Of a stretch of DNA of 61,177 nucleotides, positions 36,677 through 45,214 are shown one piece after another. The translations under genes were made by a program, and so were the position numbers. Position 1 is the first letter of the stretch; each line of letters opens with the position of its first letter. This DNA comes from Candidatus Woesearchaeota archaeon. GTDB taxonomy: Archaea > Nanobdellota > Nanobdellia > Woesearchaeales > DSVV01. Below the pieces are notes generated by a model. It saw only the letters and a list, made by a program, of their open reading frames with translations. It was not told the origin of the DNA and did no database searches. The DNA is taken from positions 1 to 61,177 of the forward strand of contig JAFGRM010000035.1 of assembly GCA_016935125.1 (NCBI GenBank), written 5' to 3'.

Positions 36677-38077
36677 ATGAGCGGAATCTTTGGCGTAGTA
36701 AGCAAGAAGAACTGTATATCTACTCTTTATTATGGGACAGACTACCACAGCCATATGGGCACAGCATTCGGTGGGATCGCATACATAAATGAGTCTGGAA
36801 CGCCTGTAAAAAAGATAAGAGACATCTCGAATTCTCAGTTCAAGTCTAAATTCCATGTCTGCTCTGATAAGCTATCCTCAGGATACGGCATAGGCTCTAT
36901 CTCAGACAAGGATCCTCAGCCATTGGCATTCAAAAGCAGGTTAGGCAGGTATGCCATATGTTGCTCAGGCATGGTCACTAACAAGGAAGAGCTCGCAGCT
37001 GAACTCATAAAGAGACACTGCTCCTTCAACGAGATCGAGAACAACAGCATAAACACCACAGAACTCGTCGCAAACCTGATCAACCAGAAAGACAACATCA
37101 TCGACGGCATAGTATACATGCAGGAATGTATCAAGGGCTCTGTCTCGCTTCTTCTGCTCACCCCAGATGGAATATATTGCGCAAGGGACAAAAACGGCAT
37201 AACACCGCTTGTCATAGGCCAGTCAGAGGATGAGACAGCTGTTGCAAGCGAAAGCTGCTCATTTCCGAACAGAGGGATATCTATAAAAAAGTTTATGGAG
37301 CCAGGAGAGATAGCCTTTATCGGAAAAGACGGGATATCCACAAAAAAGCCAGGCAACAAGAACTGCAGGATATGCTCATTCCTCTGGATATACACAGGGT
37401 TTCCTGCAAGCAGCTATGAAAACATCAATGTCGAGGCTGTAAGGGAAAACTGCGGCAGGTTCCTTGCAAAAAGGGACAGGATCAGGCCCAACCTCGTCGC
37501 AGGGGTGCCTGACTCAGGCATCTCCCATGCTATAGGCTATGCAATAGAAGCAGGAATCCCTTACAGGCGTGTCCTGATGAAATACACTCCTGGCTATGGA
37601 AGAAGCTATACCCCCCTAACGCAGGACAAGAGAGACAGGATCGCGCTCATGAAGCTTATAGCTGACAGTGAGATAATAAACGGCAACAGCATAGTCTTAT
37701 GCGAGGACTCGATTGTGAGAGGGACACAACTCAAGAACTACACCATCTCAAAGCTAAAGGATGCAGGCGCAAAGGACATCCATGTCAGGTCTGCCTGTCC
37801 GCCGATCATGTTCCCTTGCAAATACATGCTCTCTACACGCACAACAAAAGAGCTCATCGCAAGGCAGGCAATAAGGCATATTGAAGGAAAAGATATCTCT
37901 GATATATCAGAATACCTTGACAGCAGCTCTGAAAAATACAAGAAGATGGTCAGCTGGATCGCTGAACATATAGGGGTGTCAAGCCTCAGGTACCAACTGT
38001 TAGATGACACAATAGCTGCGATAGGACTGCCAAAGCACAGGCTCTGCACATATTGCTGGACAGGGGAAGAGATATAA
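36677..38077 (+). CDS. purF: Amidophosphoribosyltransferase-like protein (PurF family) with an atypical N-terminus (MSGIFG instead of MCGI)
   Basis: Ntn-GATase-like N domain plus PRTase motif IVLCEDSIVRGTQL and C-terminal Cys pairs. It sits in the pur cluster. Confidence 0.8.
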   Translation: MSGIFGVVSKKNCISTLYYGTDYHSHMGTAFGGIAYINESGTPVKKIRDISNSQFKSKFHVCSDKLSSGYGIGSISDKDPQPLAFKSRLGRYAICCSGMVTNKEELAAELIKRHCSFNEIENNSINTTELVANLINQKDNIIDGIVYMQECIKGSVSLLLLTPDGIYCARDKNGITPLVIGQSEDETAVASESCSFPNRGISIKKFMEPGEIAFIGKDGISTKKPGNKNCRICSFLWIYTGFPASSYENINVEAVRENCGRFLAKRDRIRPNLVAGVPDSGISHAIGYAIEAGIPYRRVLMKYTPGYGRSYTPLTQDKRDRIALMKLIADSEIINGNSIVLCEDSIVRGTQLKNYTISKLKDAGAKDIHVRSACPPIMFPCKYMLSTRTTKELIARQAIRHIEGKDISDISEYLDSSSEKYKKMVSWIAEHIGVSSLRYQLLDDTIAAIGLPKHRLCTYCWTGEEI

Positions 38078-38207
38078 GAACAAACTAATAAATAAAAGAT
38101 ACTCTGATTTTCATGCATAATATGGCAAAAAAGTATATTCTATATGAGAATTACCAAAAAGATTATAAATGAAACAAGGTTCAATATTTGACAAAGGCTA
38201 ATCAAAA

Positions 38208-39521
38208 ATGGTTATCAGGATATTACTTGTAGGCAATGCTGCAAGGGAGCATGCCCTTGCAGAAGCGATAAAGAGGAGCAAGCACGAGACCAAACTCTAC
38301 TCATACATGAAAGCAAACAACCCTGGAATCGCCAAGTTCTCTGAAGAGTTTAAGATAGGCAGCTACAGCGATCTTGAAGCCATCAGGGAGTTTGCACTGA
38401 AGAATAGCGTTGAATTTGCAGTTGTCGGCCCTGAAGAGCCACTAGACAAGGGTGTTGTCGACGCTCTTGAAGATTCAGGGATATATGCATTCGGGCCGAA
38501 AAAAAACCTTGCCCAGATAGAGACAAGCAAGGGCTACACAAGAGAGCTTATGAAAGAGTATAACATCAGGGGCAACCCAAAGTTCAAGGTTTTCACGACT
38601 ATGACTGGCATTGAAGAGTTTCTTGCGACGCTTGACGGGTTCGTGATAAAGCCTGACGGCCTTACAGGCGGCAAGGGTGTTATGGTCCAGGGCGAGCACC
38701 TAATTACAGTGCCTGAAGCACTGGAATACTGCAATTCTGTACTCAAGACACATCCTGCTGTCGTGATCGAGGAAAAGCTTGAAGGAGAGGAATTCAGCCT
38801 CCAATGCCTGACAGACGGAAAGACTGTCATCGCAACACCGCCTGTCCAGGACCACAAGCGTGCATATGATGGAGACAAAGGCCCAAATACAGGAGGGATG
38901 GGCTCATATAGCTGCGAGAACCACCTTCTCCCGTTCCTGACTGAGAAAGACATAAGAGAAGGGCTCGAGATAACAAAAGATGTAGCACGCGCGCTTTATG
39001 CAGAGACCGGCGAGCTGTATAAGGGAGTCATGTATGCAGGCCTCATCACAACAAGGAACGGGGTCAAGCTTATCGAGTACAACGCAAGGTTCGGAGACCC
39101 TGAAGCAATGAACGTCCTGTCGCTGCTAAAGACCGACTTTGTTGATATCTGCAAGGCGATAATAGACGGAAAGCTTGACAAGATCAAGGTTGAGTTTTCA
39201 AAGAAGGCAACAGTCTGCAAGTATGCTGTCCCAGAAGGCTACCCCGAAAATCCAGTCAAGAACAAGAAAGTCGACATCAACAACATCCCGAAAAAAGCAA
39301 AGGTATACTTTGCATCTGTCGACAACAAGATAGACAGCCTATACATGACAGGATCAAGGGCAATAGCAGTTGTCGGGGTTGCAGACACACTGTATGAGGC
39401 TGAGCAGATAGCTGAGATGTCTATAAAAAAGATCAAAGGGCCTGTATTCTACAGGTCTGACATAGGCACAAAGCAGCTCATAAGCAAAAGGATAAGGCAC
39501 ATGAACAGGCTGAGGAAATAG
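38208..39521 (+). CDS. purD: Phosphoribosylamine-glycine ligase (GAR synthetase)
   Basis: ATP-grasp PurD pattern: ILLVGNAAREHALA...GPNTGGMGSY...EYNARFGDPE. Confidence 0.9.
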   Translation: MVIRILLVGNAAREHALAEAIKRSKHETKLYSYMKANNPGIAKFSEEFKIGSYSDLEAIREFALKNSVEFAVVGPEEPLDKGVVDALEDSGIYAFGPKKNLAQIETSKGYTRELMKEYNIRGNPKFKVFTTMTGIEEFLATLDGFVIKPDGLTGGKGVMVQGEHLITVPEALEYCNSVLKTHPAVVIEEKLEGEEFSLQCLTDGKTVIATPPVQDHKRAYDGDKGPNTGGMGSYSCENHLLPFLTEKDIREGLEITKDVARALYAETGELYKGVMYAGLITTRNGVKLIEYNARFGDPEAMNVLSLLKTDFVDICKAIIDGKLDKIKVEFSKKATVCKYAVPEGYPENPVKNKKVDINNIPKKAKVYFASVDNKIDSLYMTGSRAIAVVGVADTLYEAEQIAEMSIKKIKGPVFYRSDIGTKQLISKRIRHMNRLRK

Positions 39522-39682
39522 ACTTCTTCCACTCAATTTTTTCCTTATGCCTGAAGATTTTCCGATTACAATACCTTCATCAGGAATCCTTCCAGAAAAA
39601 TGTCTCATTCTTTTGATATTCACATAGCTCTTCCGAGGATTCCGCATCAAATGATTTGAAAGGCTGAGAGCTTTCCTGCCAG

Positions 39683-41926
39683 ATGGCAATCTATGCATCA
39701 AAGACTAGGCAGGGCATACTTTTCTACAGCAGCTCTCAAAGACAATGCATATTCAGGCTCGGCGACCTTATGATTGGTTCAGGAGAGCCGATAAGAGACC
39801 TGCTTGAAAGGTCTGATCTTGAAAGGTTCGGAAGGGATAATGCAGAACCTGGGCTTGAAGCGATCCTGCATTCTATCAACAGGGCAGGCAGGGAATGCTT
39901 CATCGCAGCTCCTGGAGAGCACCCCCTGCTTATAAGCACGAGAGGTGGCGGCGCAGAATACCCTGACGAGGGTGATGTGTTGTATTCAGGCACAGACAAG
40001 AAGACCCAGATGCAGATGCTCAAGAGCTTTCATGCAGAAGACATCGGCGATGCCATCACAAAGATGTACAGGTGCAACAGGGTCTATGGCTATCCCCACA
40101 ATATGCAGATAGGTGTTGTCAAGGACAGCTGCCCTTTTGTCTTCTATTCAGGAGATGAAAGCTATATGAAAGAAGAAAGCCATATGGAAGATAAAAGCCC
40201 TCTGAAAAATAGAAGGCGCCCTGAAAACAAAAGCTATCTTATAGATGGCTATCAAAAAAACATAGGGCATAGGCAGGATCAACCAAGCATAAGAAAGCTC
40301 AACTCAATCCTTGAATGGACAAACCAGATTTCAGGTGTCGCTCCGTTGAGAGCTGTTGAGAGCGTCCTGAAAAAAAAGGCTGAAAAGCTGATACTAAGCC
40401 AACTCGACAAAAAAGACAGCTGCATCAGAGACCGCCTGCTCTCTCTTGACATCCCTGGCGCTGCAAGAGCAACAATAGACTATGGCTCAGCACGAGCTTA
40501 TGCTTTCATAAAGAACAGGTTTGACTCCTACGCATTGACTGTCAAGAAGAGCATCAGCAATTACGGGAAGGCTGTGCAGGACGAGCTTGACAGGATATAC
40601 CATTCAAAAAAAAGGCAGGACATAATAATCAGGATAAAAGATATGAGATACAGGACAAACAGCATAAAGACAGAGATAGCAGGAGAGCTGTCTGAGATGC
40701 TGGGTTCAGACAGCTACCATATATACGACTCGATACCTTTCATCTCTGTCTCATGCGAGCAGAAAGACAAGGACAAGGCATGCCATATGCTAAACAACAA
40801 GAGAAAAGGGTTCTTCAGGGGCATGACAGGCCTTGACTTAGAGCTGATAATGTCTGCACAGCCCGCAAGAGGCTTCTACATCCCTGAGATGTTCATAAAA
40901 AAAGCCGGTGAAATGCGGCTTAAGATTCCTTACTCATGGTCGAAAAAGAACAAGAACATGTCCATGCTTACAAGGATAGCGAGAAAAGCCGGCATGTGGA
41001 ACCTGAAAAACATCGGCGCATACAGGGCATGGGATGTGACCAAAGGAAACGGCTCGACAACTGTCGTGATAGACACAGGCATAGAGTACACACACCCCGA
41101 GATCAGCTCCAGGTTCAGCTGGAACAAAGGCTGGAACTTTATAGATGACAACGACGATATCATGGATGACAACGGCCACGGGACGCATTGCGCAGGGATA
41201 GTCGCAGGGATGGATACAGGGGTCGCGCCAGAATCCTGCCTTGTCGCTGCAAAGGTCCTAGACAAGAGCGGCTGCGGAACAACGACAGACATACTTGCTG
41301 CGATAGACTATGTGATAAAGCTTGATGATGCTGACATAATAAGCATGAGCCTCGGCTCAAGATACTATTCACAAGCTCTTGACATGGTCTGCGGCGCTGC
41401 TTATGATTCCGGGCTCATACTCTGCGCTGCGGCAGGCAACGAGTATTTCGGGCCTAGCTATCCTGCAGCCTGTACAGGGGTCATCTCTGTCGCAGCAGTT
41501 GACATGTACAACAAGCACGCAGACTTCTCAAACATCGACAGCTCTGTCGACATATCATGCCCTGGTGTCGACATCTACTCCTGCTATTTAAACGGCAGCT
41601 ACACTAAACTCAGCGGCACATCAATGGCAACACCCCATGATGCAGGAACAGCAGCCCTTGCTGTATCTGTTACAGCAAGCCTCGACCCTAGCACTTTTGA
41701 GAAGATAATGACAAGAGAAGCACAGGCCCTAGGGGAAGGGGAGTCTGACCAGAAGGATAAATACGGCGCAGGCCTTGCCCGGCCAGACAAGATAGTGAAT
41801 CGTCTGCAAAAAAAACTATTTAAAAAAGAGGGGATCATAAATAACCTTATCCATAATAACAGAATCCATAATAAAATATTCCATAACAGCCTAACCCAAA
41901 GAAGGTATAACCATGGCAACAGATAA
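39683..41926 (+). CDS. Subtilisin-like serine protease (S8) with a ~440-aa uncharacterised N-terminal region and no recognisable signal peptide
   Basis: Catalytic Asp (VVIDTGIEYTHPE), His (HGTHCAGIVAG), oxyanion Asn (AAGNE) and Ser (SGTSMATPH). The N-terminal region matches no family I recognise. Confidence 0.8.
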   Translation: MAIYASKTRQGILFYSSSQRQCIFRLGDLMIGSGEPIRDLLERSDLERFGRDNAEPGLEAILHSINRAGRECFIAAPGEHPLLISTRGGGAEYPDEGDVLYSGTDKKTQMQMLKSFHAEDIGDAITKMYRCNRVYGYPHNMQIGVVKDSCPFVFYSGDESYMKEESHMEDKSPLKNRRRPENKSYLIDGYQKNIGHRQDQPSIRKLNSILEWTNQISGVAPLRAVESVLKKKAEKLILSQLDKKDSCIRDRLLSLDIPGAARATIDYGSARAYAFIKNRFDSYALTVKKSISNYGKAVQDELDRIYHSKKRQDIIIRIKDMRYRTNSIKTEIAGELSEMLGSDSYHIYDSIPFISVSCEQKDKDKACHMLNNKRKGFFRGMTGLDLELIMSAQPARGFYIPEMFIKKAGEMRLKIPYSWSKKNKNMSMLTRIARKAGMWNLKNIGAYRAWDVTKGNGSTTVVIDTGIEYTHPEISSRFSWNKGWNFIDDNDDIMDDNGHGTHCAGIVAGMDTGVAPESCLVAAKVLDKSGCGTTTDILAAIDYVIKLDDADIISMSLGSRYYSQALDMVCGAAYDSGLILCAAAGNEYFGPSYPAACTGVISVAAVDMYNKHADFSNIDSSVDISCPGVDIYSCYLNGSYTKLSGTSMATPHDAGTAALAVSVTASLDPSTFEKIMTREAQALGEGESDQKDKYGAGLARPDKIVNRLQKKLFKKEGIINNLIHNNRIHNKIFHNSLTQRRYNHGNR

Positions 41927-42278
41927 TACAGGTAATGCAGAAAATGCAGGTAATGCAGAAAAAAGGGCAGACGAAAAGCTCATAATCAGATATGATGGTC
42001 CAGCAGAAGATTTTAGGAACAGGTATCTTGACTACATGGCTGAGAACGGCTTCAATGCTGAAAGATACATAGAGAACAAAGGCTGGACAATAGTGATCAT
42101 GGGATACACAGGCTTATCTGAATCGCTTGATGATAAGGTGATGGCATTAAAAGAAGAGGGACTGGGAGTTGAGTATAGCAGGGTCTACAGGACTATGGGT
42201 AGCGGGCAGGTATACGACAGCCCAGGCCTAGCATGCCCTGAAAAAAAAGAAACATATGACAAGGCAAAGATTGATTAA
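41913..42278 (+). CDS. Hypothetical 121-aa protein, translationally coupled to the S8 protease (14-nt overlap)
   Basis: ORF with a plausible alpha/beta composition. The ATG lies inside the last codons of the protease gene. No homology recognised. Confidence 0.5.
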   Translation: MATDNTGNAENAGNAEKRADEKLIIRYDGPAEDFRNRYLDYMAENGFNAERYIENKGWTIVIMGYTGLSESLDDKVMALKEEGLGVEYSRVYRTMGSGQVYDSPGLACPEKKETYDKAKID

Positions 42279-42340
42279 AAGCAAAGACTGGTCTAAAGCA
42301 GATTGATTAAGGGCAAAGATTGATAAAGCATAAGCAAAAT

Positions 42341-42413
42341 AATGCATCTGGTAAAAAATAATAAACAGGAGAATGCATCTGGCCAAAGGCAGTGGCCCAG
42401 GTAATGCATCTGG
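42341..42413. promoter_or_regulatory. Three exact copies of AATGCATCTGG at a 31-nt period upstream of the glutaredoxin-like/trxB genes
   Basis: Copies start at 42341, 42372 and 42403. The motif contains the ATGCAT palindrome. A TATA-like CTTTATAAATT follows at about 42439. Confidence 0.45.
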
Positions 42414-42525
42414 CAGGGAGCATAATCACGATACATAAACTTTATAAATTATGATGGCCTGGCAGATACTTGTTCTAGTAATTATTGGCTCAATAGAACT
42501 GACAGGAGCAACAAGGGTGATAACA

Positions 42526-42762
42526 ATGGAGAAGAAGATAATAATTTATTCAGCAGACAACTGCCCATGGTGCAGAAAACTAAAGGATTTTCTGTTGGAC
42601 AACAGCGTTGAATTTATAGAGAAAAACGTAAATCTGGACCATGAAGCAGCTAATGAGATGATAACAAAATCAGGGCAACAGGGGATACCGGTCATTGACA
42701 TCGATGGAAAGGTCATAGTAGGGTTCAATAGGGATGCGATAGAACAAGAGCTGGGCCTTTGA
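42526..42762 (+). CDS. Glutaredoxin-like / small thioredoxin-fold protein (CPWC)
   Basis: KKIIIYSADNCPWCRKLK...GIPVIDIDG pattern. I prefer the ATG at 42526, which follows GGTGAT. The ORF-track start at 42451 adds a hydrophobic leader. Confidence 0.8.
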   Translation: MEKKIIIYSADNCPWCRKLKDFLLDNSVEFIEKNVNLDHEAANEMITKSGQQGIPVIDIDGKVIVGFNRDAIEQELGL

Positions 42763-42799
42763 TTTTTAGGGATAAGACTAACCAGGATTGGATGCGCTT

Positions 42800-43717
42800 A
42801 TGGCAGACGTAATCTATGATGTAATAATCATCGGGTGCGGGGTCTCTGGATTCGCTGCAGCCATATATTCAGCTAGATTCAAGCTCAATACCCTGATAGT
42901 TGGAAAAGTTTCAGGAGGGACAATCAACAACGCAAAAGAAGTCGAGAACTATCCTGGTTTTAAGAGCATAAGCGGTATCGACCTTGGCGACAGGATAAGG
43001 GACCATGCAACAAGCTATGACATCACGCTTAAAGAGACAGAGGTTATCTCTGTCGAGAAGAACAAAGGCGGTTTTACAGTCAGGACAAAAAAAGAAGATT
43101 TTTCAGGAAGATGCCTGATCTTTGCAACAGGGACTGCACACAGGAAACTTAAGATCCCTGGCGAAGAGAGGTTCCATGGGAATGGTGTGCATGCCTGTGC
43201 ACTTTGCGATGGGATAACATACAAGGGCAGGACAGTCGCGATCATCGGCGGGAGCGATTCTGCAGCACGAGAGGCGTTGATCCTTTCTGAGCACGCCAGG
43301 AAGGTATATATAATATACAGGGGTAATGATATCCGTGCAGAGCCCATCAATAAGAAGCGCGTTGAGGATAACCAAAAGATCGAAATCATACGCAACACTA
43401 ATATTACAGAGATTATGGGAAAAGGCAGGGTTGTCGAATCTGTTATGCTAGACAAGGAATACAAAGGAAGCAAGGTAATCGCCCTTGATGGTGTGTTCGT
43501 AAACATAGGCCACGTGCCCTTGACCTCGCTCACCCATAGCCTTGGCGTGAAACTTAACGAAAAAAAAGAGATAATGACGGACACCGAAGGCAAGACAAAT
43601 GTGGCAGGCGTCTTTGCAGCAGGCGACTGCACGGGCTTTTTCTGGAAACAGGCAATAACAGGCGTTGCACAGGGATGCACCGCAGCATATAGCGCGTATA
43701 ATTTTCTGAAGAGATAA
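42800..43717 (+). CDS. trxB: Thioredoxin reductase
   Basis: FAD motif YDVIIIGCGVSG, redox CALCDG, NADPH motif IIGGSDSA and GVFAAGDC. I prefer the ATG at 42800. Confidence 0.9.
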   Translation: MADVIYDVIIIGCGVSGFAAAIYSARFKLNTLIVGKVSGGTINNAKEVENYPGFKSISGIDLGDRIRDHATSYDITLKETEVISVEKNKGGFTVRTKKEDFSGRCLIFATGTAHRKLKIPGEERFHGNGVHACALCDGITYKGRTVAIIGGSDSAAREALILSEHARKVYIIYRGNDIRAEPINKKRVEDNQKIEIIRNTNITEIMGKGRVVESVMLDKEYKGSKVIALDGVFVNIGHVPLTSLTHSLGVKLNEKKEIMTDTEGKTNVAGVFAAGDCTGFFWKQAITGVAQGCTAAYSAYNFLKR

Positions 43718-43786
43718 TCCTATCACCTGCCAAACTCAAATCAGAATCCCATTCATAAAGGAAAAAGGACACTGTAAAGAAAAAAG

Positions 43787-43938
43787 TGGGGACACGGGGA
43801 TTTGAACCCCGGACACCTAGATCTCTGACAATCATCGGCAGATAAAATTGCCTGCCTCATCAGATCTTATGCCTTCAGTCTAGTGCTCTCCTTAGCCAAA
43901 GACTGATCTTCCAGCTTTTCAGGCTGAGCTATGTCCCC
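43787..43938 (-). tRNA. tRNA-Phe (anticodon GAA) with two introns: ~28 nt in the D-loop and 50 nt at 37/38
   Basis: Hand-folded on the minus strand. Acceptor GGGGACA/TGTCCCC plus A. D-stem GCTC/GAGC encloses 37 nt (AGCCTG[28 nt]GGA). Anticodon stem CTAGA/TCTAG with CTGAAG[50 nt]A. T-arm CGGGG-TTCAAAT-CCCCG. Confidence 0.8.
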
Positions 43939-43986
43939 GACAGAAACACCATGAAAAATATAAAGTTTATATGTATTTCGGATTTA

Positions 43987-44394
43987 TCACTCGACAGTCT
44001 CTTCAGAGACGTCATCATCCACTGCTGAAGCATTGTCTGTTTCATCAGCTTCTGAAATCTCCTCTTTTGGGTCTGCTTTGGCATCTGCAGCAGGTGATGC
44101 ATCGGCTTTCCCTATGATTTCAATCTTTCCGAACCTGCCTGTCGTAAGCTGCAGCTCACCCTGCCACTCATTTACAAACCCGTTCTCAATCCTGACCTTA
44201 TCGCCTGGATTGACAAGGTCTATCTGCTCATTCCAAAGTGTAAGCTTGATCTTTCCTGTGCTATCTGATGCTTCTGCATTGCAGACCTTGCCAGGTTTCC
44301 CAAACTTCTGGAACTCGCGAACATCGCTCTTGCTCAGCACATCAACCTCAACTGTAACATTGCCCTGCTTAGGCTGTAAATCACTAACATTCAT
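43987..44394 (-). CDS. Single-OB-fold ssDNA-binding protein (SSB/RPA-like) with an acidic C-terminal tail
   Basis: OB-fold pattern (GNVTVEVDVL...GKIKLTLWNEQIDLVNPGDKVRIENGFVNEWQGELQL) and an acidic tail (DETDNASAVDDDVSEETVE). Confidence 0.7.
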   Translation of the reverse strand: MNVSDLQPKQGNVTVEVDVLSKSDVREFQKFGKPGKVCNAEASDSTGKIKLTLWNEQIDLVNPGDKVRIENGFVNEWQGELQLTTGRFGKIEIIGKADASPAADAKADPKEEISEADETDNASAVDDDVSEETVE

Positions 44395-44603
44395 TCATAT
44401 CACCTTTTTTTGCGGTGAAAGCGGTGGTATTTAAATTTATTGAAAACAGACTAAAAACATATTTCAACATAAACCAGAAGAAAGATTGCCAGAACACATA
44501 AGAACACATAAGAAAAATTGCCATAATACATAAGAAAGGTTGGCAGAAACCAAAAGGGATATTAACAGAATCCAAAAGAAGATTACTTGAATCCAAAAGA
44601 AGA

Positions 44604-44957
44604 TTATCTAAGCCATCTTTTCTCATGCACATAATAGCCAAGATAACAGCCCACTGCAAAAAATAGCAAAATGAGAGGTATCAGCCCCCTGCTGTTTAAC
44701 TCTATGCCTGCGATAAAACCCACAAGAAAGCCCAGCACAAGTATATAAAATGGAAAGCGCATCTTCGCCCTTTTTAGGTAATAGAGCCTTCCTACTATAA
44801 AACCGCAGATAAGGATTATAAAGTAGCTTACTATCGCTGCATCTGAAAGAAAAGATATCACAAGCCCGAGTATAAGAAGTAAGACCATAAACATCTCAAC
44901 CCAATTGTCGACTAAAGAAACCCCTCTCTTGCCTATTTTCCTATGCATGCTCTTCAA
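44604..44957 (-). CDS. Hypothetical small membrane protein (about 4 TM)
   Basis: Hydrophobic helices throughout. No homology recognised. Confidence 0.5.
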   Translation of the reverse strand: MKSMHRKIGKRGVSLVDNWVEMFMVLLLILGLVISFLSDAAIVSYFIILICGFIVGRLYYLKRAKMRFPFYILVLGFLVGFIAGIELNSRGLIPLILLFFAVGCYLGYYVHEKRWLR

Positions 44958-45214
44958 ACCTCATATCCTTCCAATCTCATGCAAATAATATCCTGCATAT
45001 ACAAGTAATCTCAATCCAAATAAACTTCATGCAGATAGTTTCCTGCAAACAGTTTCCTGCTGATAAATACATAACCATAAATAAAAATCTTTTTGTTTTT
45101 TTGATCTTCTGTGCTTCTCTTGCGCCTGCATTTCCATGTCCTGCATAGATTCCTCCTTTGCCAGCCCTTTGCAGCCCCTCTCAAAAAAGATATGCTACAT
45201 CTAAAAGATACATG

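Noticed and set aside
43820-43880. Hammerhead-like or box C/D-like motifs in the tRNA-Phe anticodon intron (CUGAUGA-GGCAG...CUGCC-GAUGA)
   Set aside because: The sequence after the stem is GAU rather than the invariant GAA of hammerhead ribozymes. For a C/D sRNA there is no proper CUGA D box, and the guide spacing (about 4 nt before the 3' element) is wrong. Tandem G.A pairs could still form a k-turn, but I cannot support a call.
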